From Tubiluchus corallicola (taxonomy: Eukaryota; Animalia; Priapulida), in assembly GCA_030141605.1 (NCBI GenBank), contig JAQGDQ010000543.1:1-64000 (forward strand): DNA of 64,000 bases, in the 5' to 3' direction. Position 1 is the stretch's first letter, and every line of letters begins with the position of its first letter. Made by a program: the position numbers and the translations under genes. Shown in pieces: positions 13,266-25,570 of this stretch. The notes below the pieces were generated by a model. That model was not told the origin of the DNA. It made no database searches and saw only the letters and a list, made by a program, of their open reading frames with translations.

Positions 13266-13522
13266 GTACTTCACATATCTATTCTGCTTCAACTTGACAA
13301 GAGTCTCATAGCGATGGTAAAGGTGCCAACGATGGAGGACGCACAAATAGCCATAGCGCACCTGCATCGGAGGAAAGTGGGTTACAAGCGCATACACGTC
13401 TGCATCCCGCAGGAGAAGGGGGTGACCCCGGAGGTGCTGCAGTCGGAGATCGTCAGCCTGCTGAGCAGCGTCACCTGTCAGATTCTGCCCTTGTTCAAGT
13501 TTATCGAATTGTTTGAGAACAA
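13266..13522 (+). CDS. MARF1: MARF1 exon (RRM2 end, first LOTUS domain start)
   Basis: VLHISILLQLDKSLIAMVKVPTMEDAQIAIAHLHRRKVGYKRIHV...LPLFKFIELFEN|gtgagt. Confidence 0.92.
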
Positions 13523-13659
13523 GTGAGTTTTGTGGCAGTTTTTTTTTGCTAAATCTTGTTGGTTTTTTACCGAAGTTTAAGTTAATAACGAAGGCAGTCG
13601 GCAAGTTGGGTTTATTAAAAAAGTCAGTAGAAGTTGCGAAATATGTATCCTAAAGTCTC

Positions 13660-14060
<401 letters not shown>

Positions 14061-14490
14061 CACATATCTACAGCAGACATTTACACAAATGAACGATGGT
14101 CTGTGAACAAATGAACCAAATACACACATGGTCCAAATACGGAGTTTGTTTAATTGAATTGAGTTTGAAAATCATATCGAGGCCCCACTTATCATCTCGA
14201 TGACCTCACTGGAACCAAGGCCTGATTGTTATTAGGGATACTCATCTATACCCTACGTTCCCAGCCGTGGGGGTACCAGCGCACACCACCAAGGGGTGCC
14301 CGAGAAGCCTCTTGGGCAATTTTAAAAAAGTACTGTTACGTAATAAACCAGCGGGTGATTCAGACATCTCTGTCGACTTTGCCAACAATTCATGGTCTTT
14401 GGTCAAGCTCTTGACCCCCCGTCTTTAGTTTGTCGTAACAATTTCCACGGTTTTTTCAGTTTCACCTCTTTTTTTCTTCCGCTAAATTAG

Positions 14491-14626
14491 ATACCATCAC
14501 TCGATCAGCGTTTCGGAATTGTATCGAATGAAGGACATCGTGGAGATTCAGGATCAGGAAAACTCCGGGCGAACAGTCAGACTGGTAGCGCCGTGTGCTC
14601 CGCCTTCGGAGAACAGGTTCAACAAG
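14491..14626 (+). CDS. MARF1: MARF1 exon
   Basis: ttag|YHHSISVSELYRMKDIVEIQDQENSGRTVRLV...RFNK|gt; phase 2 in, matches previous exon. Confidence 0.88.
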
Positions 14627-14683
14627 GTTTGTTTATTAGCTGGGCATCTGCGTGCCTGCATGATCGCCTTTATGCACTAACTC

Positions 14684-14770
14684 TAGAATAGGATAGAATA
14701 GAATAGAATAGAATAGAATAGAATAGAATAGAATAGAATAGAATAGAATAGAATAGAATAGAATAGAATA
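14684..14770 (+). repeat. (GAATA)n microsatellite
   Basis: Direct inspection. Confidence 0.95.
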
Positions 14771-14928
14771 TGTATACACAATATTTCCATAATGTTCCAT
14801 GGCATTATGTTTTACAGGAAGCACAGACATTATATTTTACAGGAAGAGGGCCCTACACCTGACCCGACACAGGTGCCTCCATACATAACAGTATTTTAAG
14901 CATTACTTCACGTGTTTTTATGTTGTAG

Positions 14929-15104
14929 AACGATGCTCAAGAGTCGCCCGTCTGCCCCATTCACTGCACGGTGAACTCTGGCCTGGCGTGGGCGGAACCG
15001 AGCGAGCAGTACGATCTGCCGCTGGTCAAGGTGTCGCTGCGGTCGTTTGCGCCGCAGGTGCACACGCTGCTGCAGACGCACGAGGGAAGGATGCCGCTAA
15101 ACAG
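14929..15104 (+). CDS. MARF1: MARF1 exon
   Basis: NDAQESPVCPIHC...LPLVKVSLRSFAPQVHTLLQTHEGRMPLN|gtgaac. Confidence 0.9.
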
Positions 15105-15559
15105 GTGAACGAGTAAATTATAGTAACCATGTACGTGATTATAATTTTATTATGGCGCCTGTAGACATAAATTCTTACATGGAAGAATAATGAGAATTGT
15201 TAATCTCAAAAGCTCATAATAGCTAAACTGGAACGTTGTGTGACATCAGTGTGCCCTTTGCATCAGCCAACAATGTCCACTCGTTATGATAAAGGAACAT
15301 GTAGCTGAAGGCGCTAGGTATGGTTATTAGTGTGGTTTTTTTGCAATTATCCCATATTAACAGACGGCTTCGTGAGTGCATGACTCTGAGTCTGATGACA
15401 TCAGGTGTAACGTACGATGCCGGAACTCACCTTTACTGCTCTGGCTGGAAGACTGCTCCATATCCTGCCTCTTCAAGTGAAAATTGAACACGTGTAGGAG
15501 GACACTACACCCTGGTACTGTGTACTACACGTGCGATTGTATATTGGGAGAAGCTTGGT

Positions 15560-15925
15560 TTCTGTTTGTCGATAATAATCACAACTAGCAAAAGCCCCGC
15601 AAAAAATTTTGCGCATAAATACACGTAGAATCAATAATACTCGAACATCCTACCTAGTGTTCGTTTACTTACCAAACGCAAAGCCAGCAACAGCAGCTTT
15701 TACTGAATTAACGTTATAGACAGAGTATAATGGATGACGTCACAACAATGGTTTTGCGTCAGCAGTTTTCCAAGCGAAATTCCAAAAATAGAACATCTAA
15801 TTAACTCGTCGGTACTCCTTTTGGTGGACGTGTCCTAAAATATAACCCACACCATCGTGTAGCCCTGTTCCTCCTCTTTCTAAAGAGCCGTTTATCTCCT
15901 TCCGAGAGTCCCACCAGGTGCCTCT
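15560..15925 (-). mobile_element. Interspersed repeat (inverted copy at 56270-56611)
   Basis: ACTAGCAAAAGCCCCGCAAAAAATTTTGCGCATAAATACAC is the reverse complement of 56570-56611; the CTAG end may be Helitron-like (unconfirmed). Confidence 0.6.
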
Positions 15926-16047
15926 AGAACGTTTTCGCCGCATGCTGTTTGGTCAAAACTTGTAGTGTTGAACTGAAGAAACTGAGTAGCAATATAATTA
16001 ATTCATATAATTCTCGATGTTTAGATAATTTTCCGTTTTTTTTATAG

Positions 16048-16211
16048 TTTTCCCGTTTGCTATGGGAACGAGTTCGAGCCGATGGAAAATTTTCCGGTTG
16101 GCGGCGTCCCGCTGGAACACTTGTTGTCGTGCGTTCCTGGCGTGGAGATGGAGCTGTCATCTGGTGGCGTACGAGTGATACGCTGGGCCGAAAATAAACC
16201 CATGCCGCCCG
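16048..16211 (+). CDS. MARF1: MARF1 exon
   Basis: FPVCYGNEFEP...GGVPLEHLLSCVPGVEM...WAENKPMPP|gtgagc. Confidence 0.9.
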
Positions 16212-17029
16212 GTGAGCATCGTACTTGTTAGGCTAATGTTGTGAATGTTGGCCAGCGTTTTTACGGAAAATTCCGTACGCGGAACAACGAAGCTCAAATA
16301 ATTTCATTTCATTTCTTTGCGCTAATCTAACACCTCCAGAGGTGCCGAAAAAAATTTTAAGGGAGGAGGCAGTTTTAAAGGAAGGGCACTTTATTTGGTG
16401 GCTATGCTGGTGACGGCAATGGTCAGTAAGTCAGATTAGCAAGTCGAATTTGACCAGACACCAGTGTGCCAGCACTAGGTGTCCAATTAGAAAATTGTTA
16501 GTGGCGCCGCGCCGTCTACCCTACAAGAGCTTAAGATTGATGTTTTACGCTTCGTGCAGTACGCCAAACCCGTCGAGCAATTTTTCGTAAGAAAATTTAT
16601 ACATAAACTTGTTAAAATCCTAGACAAAAAAGTATCTTTTGCTTACTAATAGCCTAAATTGTCGCAGTTCAAGCTCAATTCATTACTCAACTCAACTGAA
16701 CTCATACAGGGAGTGCACTGTGCTGGACTGTGAAGCAAACACTACTACCCTCACATGCTCTGGTCCCATACAAGTATAAAGAAAGAACTAAAGAAAAAAG
16801 ACTTATTATATTGAATGTTATCGATAATATCGAGTGAAAATAGGGGGTGCTGCAGTTCCACAGTACCCATACACTAGCCGCCATATATTGACATTTGGTC
16901 GTAAAAAATATATATCGGTTACTGAATTATGTTAACATTTCTTTAAATATGGGAGGCCTATTAATGAATTCGGTATAAGACCCACAAGGTATATGTTTCC
17001 CTTATAGAAAATTGTTTCTTAACTCTTAC

Positions 17030-17737
17030 AGGACCGTGAGCGTTTGCTGCATTTTGCAAAGGGTTCGTGAAAAACTACTCTCACTAAGCAGCGATTATGT
17101 TACATTTGATAATTTTTATAGGTTTCTACTCCTCACACAATGGATTTTCATGCAAAATTATATGCGAAATGCATTTGCTTACCATAGACAAATTAGAAAT
17201 TGGTTTTTGAGGAAAAAAATTGAAAAAACTTTTCACTAACTGCAGTGTTTGCACTGTAACAATGTACAGTATCACTTGGGTGAAATCGGCTAATGCAGAA
17301 AATCTCAACTATCCAGACACAACACTCTGATAAACTTTGGCCTCAAATCTACTCCATTTTTAAGATGAAATTCCTGTTAAAAGATGAAACGACCTTAATT
17401 TGTCCTTGGCGGATTGTTTAGCTTTTCCTGCATAACGCTGCACAGCTTGGGCTGTAGCAAGCAGGCGATCAATAAATTAGTGTGTACGATCACGCGAGTG
17501 TAAACCAGGCTAAGCTACTCGATAGGCTAAGTTGGAGTGGCTGAAAATAGCGAGTTTTTCTTAATTTTATCCATTTAAATCACTTATAAATGTTTAAACA
17601 AATAACATGATTGGATAGCCAATATTCTCCTGAATGGAACGGTACCTAATTTGTAATCATTTAGTTATGTCTGTGCTCATACAATAGCAGAAAGGTCACA
17701 GTTCTCATAAGTCCTATTTTGAATGGTGAGGTCCTAA
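17030..17737 (+). mobile_element. Non-autonomous DNA element with AGGACC...GGTCCT ends
   Basis: Second copy at 28260-28912, partial inverted copy at 7545-7915. Confidence 0.7.
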
Positions 17738-17821
17738 AGCAGAAAAACCATGAAGGCATCTGTGTTTACTGGTGTTTTGCAATTCCTTTCTACTCTGAGC
17801 TGCGACAATTTAGGCTATTTG

Positions 17822-18073
17822 ACCAGGCGGTTTAGTCTAGTGGTAATGCGTCTGCTTTCCGTCTGAGAGGTCGTGAGTTCAGACCAGCAGCCGGTTCATA
17901 CCAAACACTTTAAGAATGGTACCGCTGTTGCCCTGCCTGACACGTGGTATTTAGGGTAAAAGTGGGGTAATAATAGTCTCTGTTATGCAGTTGTAGGTTG
18001 TTATTTACAGTCGGTGATAATAGCTCTTTGTGCTAATGTTAATTGTTGACACAAAAGCCGACTTTAAATAAAG

Positions 18074-18127
<54 letters not shown>
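17822..18127 (+). mobile_element. tRNA-derived SINE (MetaSINE-like core) with (TTA)n tail
   Basis: A box TAGTCTAGTGG, B box GAGTTCAGACC, core CATACCAAACACTTTAAGAATGGTACC...GCCTG, AATAAA then (TTA)n; second copy at 32778-32975. Confidence 0.75.
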
Positions 18128-18150
18128 TGTAAATTTTTTTCCCCTTTCAG

Positions 18151-18371
18151 ACTATTGCACTCAGCGCTGTAACAGTCCCATCATCACCGCACAGCTGGTC
18201 CAGTTCGGACGCGAGATGGTGGACCTGCTCAAGCAGCATACCGGCTGTCGGATGAGCTTCAGTAAATTCATCCCCGCCTATCACCACCACTTCGGCCGTC
18301 AGTGCCGCGTGGCCGACTACGGACACACGAAGTTGTTGGACCTCTTCCAGGCCGTTTCGCACGTCGTGCAG
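18151..18371 (+). CDS. MARF1: MARF1 exon (LOTUS/OST-HTH)
   Basis: [57 protein letters not shown]|gt. Confidence 0.95.
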
Positions 18372-18639
18372 GTACCCGTTTTTTGCAGTTTGGTACAACA
18401 CCGCGTCAAGTGGGGGAGAGCATTCTCTGCCAGAAAGCGAATTTAATTCAATCGCATTAGTGACTTTCGAATTCGAATCGAACCGAATTTCAGTTTTTCG
18501 AATCCGAATCGAATTCGAATTGAGCTTCAAAGATTTTTGAACAAGTTTTCGAACCACTAGTAAAAATTAGTCTCTTAATAACGAAAGTTAAGCAGCGATG
18601 AACCTGTGTTATGTGTGTGTGGATAAGGCAGTTTAGCTG

Positions 18640-19218
18640 AGTAATCACAGTGTCTGCTTAATGTCCAAAGTTATGATACTTACGAGTGGTCTTAAAAAGA
18701 TCTTGCATATTACTTGATTTTGTTCTGCAGTAAAACCGCTATCAAAACTGAAAAACATAATCTTGAGAAAATCACTCTTAAAGCCAGCCATTGTTTTTTG
18801 TCGCGTTTCTACAAAGCACTTAGCAACTTTGCTATGGACTTTGCAAGAACACATTGAAGTTATGTTTAAATCCAGCAGATGGCTCTTCCTGACGAAGATC
18901 TGGGCGTTGCAACAGAAAAAACCCGAAACAAAATGAATGCTTCCATGAACTACAATCGGAGTTTGAAAATACGAATTTTTTACAATTGCATTACTAGTTT
19001 CTAGACAGAAGATTGGGCGTGAGAATAAAAAATTAGATTTTTTGTATTTTTAACATTTTCTTGATAATTTAGTGCTGGAATATATTTCAATATATTTAGC
19101 TTCTTTTTTTTTATAAAAAACAACAAATTGACATTTGACCAAATTTTTGCTACATCGTATTTTAGAGCGTAGTTTTAACTATACGGACTTATGGACGGTT
19201 TTGGTTTGCAAGCAACAC
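18640..19218 (+). mobile_element. Interspersed TIR element fragment (family of 34615-35362)
   Basis: Shared CAGATGGCTCTTCCTGACGAAGATCTGGG and end GACTTATGGACGGTTTTGG. Confidence 0.7.
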
Positions 19219-19252
19219 ATCTACTTGTTTAACAGAAAAGGTTTTTCAACAG

Positions 19253-19360
19253 GTGCTGGGTGATGGGGGCAAGAAGACGATTACGTTAACTCATCGGGCG
19301 CAGTTAAAAAGATTTACCTCTGATCTTCTTCGCGTTTTGAAGTCGCAGGCTAACAAACAG
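19253..19360 (+). CDS. MARF1: MARF1 exon
   Basis: [36 protein letters not shown]|gt. Confidence 0.93.
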
Positions 19361-19447
19361 GTACCATTCATGGTCACGTGTGAACGTAATGATGTTAAAA
19401 TTAATGCTTTGAAAACGAAACGTGTGTATATTATTCCTGCTTTTATG

Positions 19448-20108
19448 TCATCTATACTTAGCATTTGTGCACAACAATGCTTGTAGAAACAATCATCTGT
19501 ACTTAGCATTTGTGCACAACAATGCTTGTAGAAACAATCATCTGTATTTAGCATTTGTGCACAACAATGCTTGTAGAAACAATCATCTGTACTTAGCATT
19601 TGTGCACAACAATGCTTGTAGAAACAATCATCTGTACTTAGCATTTGTGCACAACAATGCTTGTAGAAACAATCATCTGTACTTAGCATTTGTGCACAAC
19701 AATGCTTGTAGAAACAATCATCTGTACTTAGCATTTGTGCACAACAATGCTTGTAGAAACAATCATCTGTACTTAGCATTTGTGCACAACAATGCTTGTA
19801 GAAACAATCATCTGTATTTAGCATTTGTGCACAACAATGCTTGTAGAAACAATCATCTGTACTTAGCATTTGTGCACAACAATGCTTGTAGAAACAATCA
19901 TCTGTACTTAGCATTTGTGCACAACAATGCTTGTAGAAACAATCATCTGTACTTAGCATTTGTGCACAACAATGCCTGTAGAAAGAATCATCTGTACTTA
20001 GCATTTGTGCACAACAATGCTTGTAGAAACAATCATCTGTACTTACCATTTGTGCACAACAATGCCTGTAGAAACAATCATCTATACTTAGCATTTGTGC
20101 ACAACAAC
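19448..20108 (+). repeat. 45-bp minisatellite, ~14.5 units
   Basis: Unit TCATCTGTACTTAGCATTTGTGCACAACAATGCTTGTAGAAACAA. Confidence 0.95.
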
Positions 20109-20162
20109 TGGTCGGCAGTAAACTCCTTTTTCATGTAGTGATTATACGGTCATTTTTTGCAG

Positions 20163-20331
20163 GTCACAGTGAGAGACCTGCCGGATGTCTATAACAAAGT
20201 TTTGAACAAGGAATTCCAGATAACTGACTACGGAGTCTGCGAGCTCATGGATCTGCTGGCCGAAATCGCCGAGACGACCGTGGTTCTCAGCGGCGCTGGC
20301 TTGGACATGGTCATAGCCATACCTAGAAGAG
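20163..20331 (+). CDS. MARF1: MARF1 exon (LOTUS)
   Basis: VTVRDLPDVYNKVLNKEFQITDYGVCELMDLLAEI...IAIPRR|gtacgt. Confidence 0.92.
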
Positions 20332-20484
20332 GTACGTAGCTTGTGCGAGAATATGGATAAACAAATAAACAATGAAAATAAACAAATAAACAGACATGCA
20401 AACAAATAAAAAGCGTGGTATCGATCGGCAGTGATCCTAAATTAAATCCTTCCTATGTGAAATTTCGTGAATAAGCAGGGTGAG

Positions 20485-20640
20485 TGAAATAGAATGTAAT
20501 GTAATGGAATAGAACAGAATAGAACAGAACAGGATAGAAAAGAATAGAACAGAACAGAATGGAATGAAATGGAATAGAATAGAATAGACAGAACGTAATG
20601 TAATGCAACGGAATGGAACGTAACGTAACGTAATGGAGTT
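20485..20640 (+). repeat. GAATA/GAACA/GTAAC pentamer complex repeat
   Basis: Same variant order as part of 27485-27870. Confidence 0.85.
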
Positions 20641-20739
20641 GAGAGCACTGCGTTTGAAACACAAGAAAACCATCCATATACATAAAGATTAAAAAATTCA
20701 TCTAGAAATTTATACCACTTACAATACTGCCTTTTTGAA

Positions 20740-21250
20740 TACAGGGCTTGCATCGGCAGTAACACTGTGTAAAACGTGAATTTAAACTCCCGTGAGGACC
20801 ATTACATGCGGGCATTCTGATGTGATAAGTCATTTGAACCAAGTTTAGATAAGATTAAGTAAAGTTTGAAAAAAATAATCGGAGCATTCGTAGCGCACAA
20901 GTGACTAATTAAATAAAATTTAAAATTACTGCATCTTGTCAATAAGATCAAAAATACGTTTTTTGGTTAGTGAGTGGCGCACCCTGGAGGGTGAGTCAGC
21001 GACATTTGCATGGAAAGTTTTTTGGGACATAATTTAACATTTCCTTTTCTCGTCTAATGGCGACTTCTGGACATTATTTGGGGGAGATTTAAAATGAAAA
21101 CAAACAAAAAATCCTTTCAAAAAATGAAAACAAATAAAAAATCCTTTCAACGCGAGTAACGATATACGCATAAAATTGCTGTAAAGTAATTTAATTTTTC
21201 GGGCGATTTTTCTGAAACCTACTTCAGGCGCCCCTGTTCTTGTCCTTTAA
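20740..21250 (-). mobile_element. Kolobok-like element end (family of 11105-11600)
   Basis: Ends CCCCTGTTCTTGTCCTTTAA, the reverse complement of the 11105 terminus. Confidence 0.65.
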
Positions 21251-21330
21251 ATTCGTAATATAATCAGCTGTCATTTTATTTCTGTTTTTGCTTAAGCTTT
21301 TCTAAGTGCGTAGCGCCACCTGTCTTTCAG

Positions 21331-21533
21331 ATCAGACGTCGGACGAGATAGAACGAACGTCGCAGTTCGCGAACGAAGTGGTGGACCTGTTACGTCACAG
21401 CCCCAGCTGTCGCATGCCGCTGAACAAGTTCATTCCGGCCTATCATCACCATTTCGGGCGGCAGTGTCGCGTGGCCGACTACGGATTCACGAAACTGATT
21501 GAACTGTTCGAGGCCATACCGCATGTCATCAAG
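21331..21533 (+). CDS. MARF1: MARF1 exon (LOTUS) ending at a GC donor
   Basis: [67 protein letters not shown]|gcaagt. Confidence 0.93.
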
Positions 21534-21589
21534 GCAAGTGTTCAAAAAATCAATAATTTCTTCTACAAATGTTTAAATTTCTTAAAAGA

Positions 21590-22272
21590 AAGACAGGATG
21601 ATTTTTCATATACTACTCCATTTTCAAGTCCCATAAAAATTATACATCTTAACACAATTAATACTGCAAAAGCATTTCTGATGATTAGATAATAGATTAA
21701 AATCTTAGTTGATCGAGAGCGAGCTCAACTGTTGACGGCATCACAAACCAACATAATTTTCAGCAGCAAAAATATTCCACGAGCGTGTTGCACGTGTTTT
21801 GCGAAAACGAAAATTGAAGTACAGTGCTATTGTAAGATATTCAGTGTGTTGTACTAAAACTAGGTAAGTGTTAAGATAAAAATTCAAATTTCAAATTTGC
21901 CTCTGTGCTCACGCATGAGCTGTCGAACGTGTGCAGTTCATCACAAACTAACACATCTATACTGAGAAGTTCAATACCTGTTTTTAACTAATTAATTAAC
22001 GGAGTGCGAGCCCAACTATTGATGACATCACAAACCAACGTAATTTTCAGCAGCAAAAATATTCCACGAGCGTGTTGCACGTGTTTCTGAAAGCGAAAAT
22101 TGAAGTACAGTGCTACTGTAAGATATTCAGTGTGTTGTAGTAAAACTAGGCAAGTTTTAAGATAAAAATTCAAATTTCAAATTTACCACTGTGCTCACGC
22201 ATGCGCTGTCGAACGTGTGTAGTTCGTCACAAACTAACACATCTGAACTGAAAAGTACGGCAACTGTTTTTT
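21590..22272 (+). mobile_element. Interspersed repeat with internal ~290-bp tandem duplication
   Basis: Copies at 38370-38990 and 58065-58590. Confidence 0.75.
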
Positions 22273-22341
22273 GAGCGATTTGTTTTGTTTTGTCATAATA
22301 ATTGTTTCACGTTCGGTCTTCTGCGTATCTGTTTCTGTTAG

Positions 22342-22443
22342 GTGTTAGAAAAGGACGATGACCGCCACGTGTGCTTGACCGATAAGCACCTTCTCAGGGT
22401 TTTCGGTGACCAGGTGACCATGCTGATCAAAAATAGTCGGCAG
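22342..22443 (+). CDS. MARF1: MARF1 exon
   Basis: ttag|VLEKDDDRHVCLTDKHLLRVFGDQVTMLIKNSRQ|gtaatt. Confidence 0.85.
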
Positions 22444-22684
22444 GTAATTAATCTCAGCTTCTTCATAATTAACTTGTCGTTGTAATCCGAATCTTCTGTT
22501 GCATTTTTCGAAAGCTTTTTTTGTGGGTTATTCTGGGAAGGGAAGCAAAATGCGCTTGAACTAAACGAGTAAATTGGAATAAAGGTTAAAAAACCAGTCT
22601 TGAAATTTCGTGTTACCTACATACCGTCTTATTGCACGCAGAGCTTGCATTAACAGTAACGCTGTATAAAATTTGAAAATTTAA

Positions 22685-23143
22685 CCCTTTCAGTCCCAAA
22701 TTATTTTTGTAATAAGAAAAATTTTTGACTTGGTACTTTTGTTCAGTATGTCCATTTTTTTTTACACATAATAATTATTTTTTTCTACCTGTGCCCGCGT
22801 ACTAAATATAGCCTGTATCCCACGGGATACATTGGGATTCAATGGAAGCATAAAATGTGCTTCATTTTGCAACTGCTGATATTTCTTTAAAGTATTTAAG
22901 ACATTTAGTGTGCATGCTATGCTGATCTGTACAAAGTCGTCTCTAAAGTACTGTACCTTGCACAGTTTTTTATGCTATGTAGATTTTCTAGTTTGCCATT
23001 TTATCACCATTTTAAGTCTATTGTTATTGGCTTAAATCAAAACAACTATTAACAGATCAAATAACTGTCAGTTTTAAAATTTTATTAATTTTAAAGGCAG
23101 AAAATATTCTCGTATCCCACGGGATACAACGGGTATGAAAGGG
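22685..23143. mobile_element. piggyBac-type MITE nested in a Kolobok-like repeat
   Basis: TTAA|CCCTTTCA...TGAAAGGG|TTAA; internal palindrome GTATCCCACGGGATAC occurs twice. Confidence 0.85.
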
Positions 23144-23282
23144 TTAAACATGACTGTTGTGGTGCAACATTTTTAACGGTCAGTTGTTTGAAACAAGTTT
23201 AGATAACTTTGTGTGAAGTTTGAAAAAAAATCCGAGCATTTGTAGCGCGCTTCTCTGACTAAGCAAAAGTTTAAATTACTTT

Positions 23283-24425
23283 GTCTTGTTAATAAGATTA
23301 ATAATGTGTTTTTGGTGAACCAGTGGTGCACACTGGGATGGTGATTGTCTTGTTAATAAGATTAATAATGTGTTTTTGGTGAACCAGTGGTGCACACTGG
23401 GATGGTGATTGTCTTGTTAATAAGATTAATAATGTTTTGGTGAACCAGTGGTGCAAACTGGGATGGTGATTGTCTTTTTAATAAGATTAATATTGTGTTT
23501 TGGTGAACCAGTGGTGCACACTGGGATGGTGATTGTCTTGTTAATAAGATTAATAATGTGTTTCTGGTGAACCAGTGGTGCACACTGGGATGGTGATTGT
23601 CTTGTTAATAAGATTAATAATGTGTTTTTGGTGAACCAGTGGTGCACACTGGGATGGTGATTGTCTTGTTAATAAGATTAATAATGTGTTTTTGGTGAAC
23701 CAGTGGTGCACACTGGGATGGTGATTGTCTTGTTAATAAGATTAATAATGTGTTTTTGGTGAACCAGTGGTGCACACTGGGATGGTGATTGTCTTGTTAA
23801 TAAGATTAATAATGTGTTTCTGGTGAACCAGTGGTGCACACTGGGATGGTGATTGTCTTGTTAATAAGATTAATAATGTGTTTCTGGTGAACCAGTGGTG
23901 CACACTGGGATGGTGATTGTCTTGTTAATAAGATTAATAATGTGTTTTTGGTGAACCAGTGGTGCACACTGGGATGGTGATTGTCTTGTTAATAAGATTA
24001 ATAATGTGTTTTTGGTGAACCAGTGGTGCACACTGGGATGGTGATTGTCTTGTTAATAAGATTAATAATGTGTTTTTGGTGAACCAGTGGTGCACACTGG
24101 GATGGTGATTGTCTTGTTAATAAGATTAATAATGTGTTTTTGGTGAACCAGTGGTGCACACTGGGATGGTGATTGTCTTGTTAATAAGATTAATAATGTG
24201 TTTTTGGTGAACCAGTGGTGCACACTGGGATGGTGATTGTCTTGTTAATAAGATTAATAATGTGTTTTTGGTGAACCAGTGGTGCACACTGGGATGGTGA
24301 TTGTCTTGTTAATAAGATTAATGTGTTTTTGGTGAACCAGTGGTGCACACTGGGATGGTGATTGTTTTGTTAAAAAGATTAATAATGTGTTTTTGGTGAA
24401 CCAGTGGTGCACCTGGGATGGTGAT
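23283..24425 (+). repeat. 64-bp minisatellite, ~18 units, derived from a transposon segment
   Basis: Unit GTCTTGTTAATAAGATTAATAATGTGTTTTTGGTGAACCAGTGGTGCACACTGGGATGGTGATT resembles single-copy 20933-20995. Confidence 0.93.
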
Positions 24426-24636
24426 GCTAGGCCACTTTACTAGTTGGTGCAAATATTTTAAATTATTAGCAGTTTTAAATTACTAAACAATCGTAATTAT
24501 CAAGTATTTCAAACAAATAAGTGGCATAAGTCTATGTTCGAAAGTTTTTTTGGGGAACTTCCTTTTCTTCCTCTCTGTAAGGTTGCCTGTGGTTAGCCCC
24601 TCTTGGTTAAACAAGTTTTTCGCATTAATTTGACAG

Positions 24637-24762
24637 GGAGGTGTTCCGCTTGATCACTTTATGGCTTCCTTCGCTCGTTTCCATGGACACAGCATCCGCC
24701 TGCACGACTTCGGAGTCACCACTTTAGTGGAACTGTTGAAGTTGATCAGCCACATTGTGACG
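24637..24762 (+). CDS. MARF1: MARF1 exon (LOTUS)
   Basis: GGVPLDHFMASFARFHGHSIRLHDFGVTTLVELLKLISHIVT|gt. Confidence 0.88.
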
Positions 24763-24789
24763 GTACTAGAAATTATTAAAACTTCGTTA

Positions 24790-25435
24790 AAGGAAAACTG
24801 GATGACTGTTTAGACTCGGATCTCATTTTAATTTACTTGCCTATAAAATTTAGGAATTTGAATAATTGCCTCGGAAAGTTAATTAAAGGAAACCGAACAC
24901 AGCTATCGTTTAGGTCACGAATTAGCCACAGTTTGTGCAATGGCGGGCATCTTCGCTTGCGCGTCAAGCACGTTTGCATAGGTCTTACAGTACCGTTTAA
25001 ACGCATGTCGTCACGAAAAATGGGCTCTACGTCATATGACGTCATAAACTAACCACAGTTTGTGCGATGGCAGGCATCTTCTCTTGCGCGTCAAGCACGT
25101 TTGCATAGGTCTTACAGTACCGTTTAAACACATGTTGTCACGAAAAATGGGCTCTACGTCATATGACGTCAGAAACTAACCCTGTAGTTCACGATCATGG
25201 TTATCACGGTACCGCATTCTATTTGTCGGCCACGTGCATGAAACAAAAAGGCGTCATTGCCAGTCTTGGTTGATTCGCTGAGCTGCGCACAGCTTTAAAA
25301 GTTTAATTAAATTTCACTATCCGAAGTAATCATTATTTAATTCAAGCTTTGATTTAAAAATCTGTTGTTGTTTTTAATATTTTAGAGCATTCCTTATGTT
25401 GAACTCGTGTTTATACAATCATCCGTTTTTTTCAC
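24790..25435 (+). mobile_element. Interspersed repeat with ~128-bp internal duplication; relative at 55450-55750
   Basis: Shared ATATGACGTCA..AAACTAAC...GTTCACGATCATGGTTATCACGG. Confidence 0.6.
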
Positions 25436-25570
25436 TCTATTTTGTTTTTTGAGTTCATTAAAGTTCATTTTAGTTGCTTGTTTCTGTGTTAATGCACTTG
25501 TATGCCGTCTAAGTAAATTTATCTGTTCAAGTGTGTCTGCATTTGCTTCTCCAGTTATTTTGCTACTTTG

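Noticed and set aside
17822-17900. tRNA gene
   Set aside because: A/B boxes present but no clean acceptor stem; continues into a SINE body and tail, with a diverged second copy.
19291-20138. Long ORFs on both strands with Cys/His-rich 15-aa repeats ([15 protein letters not shown])
   Set aside because: By-product of a 45-bp (multiple of 3) intronic minisatellite between two in-phase MARF1 exons.
18151-21533. Recent exon duplication (two exons share [20 protein letters not shown])
   Set aside because: Paired similar LOTUS domains are a conserved feature of MARF1 orthologues, and synonymous sites differ.
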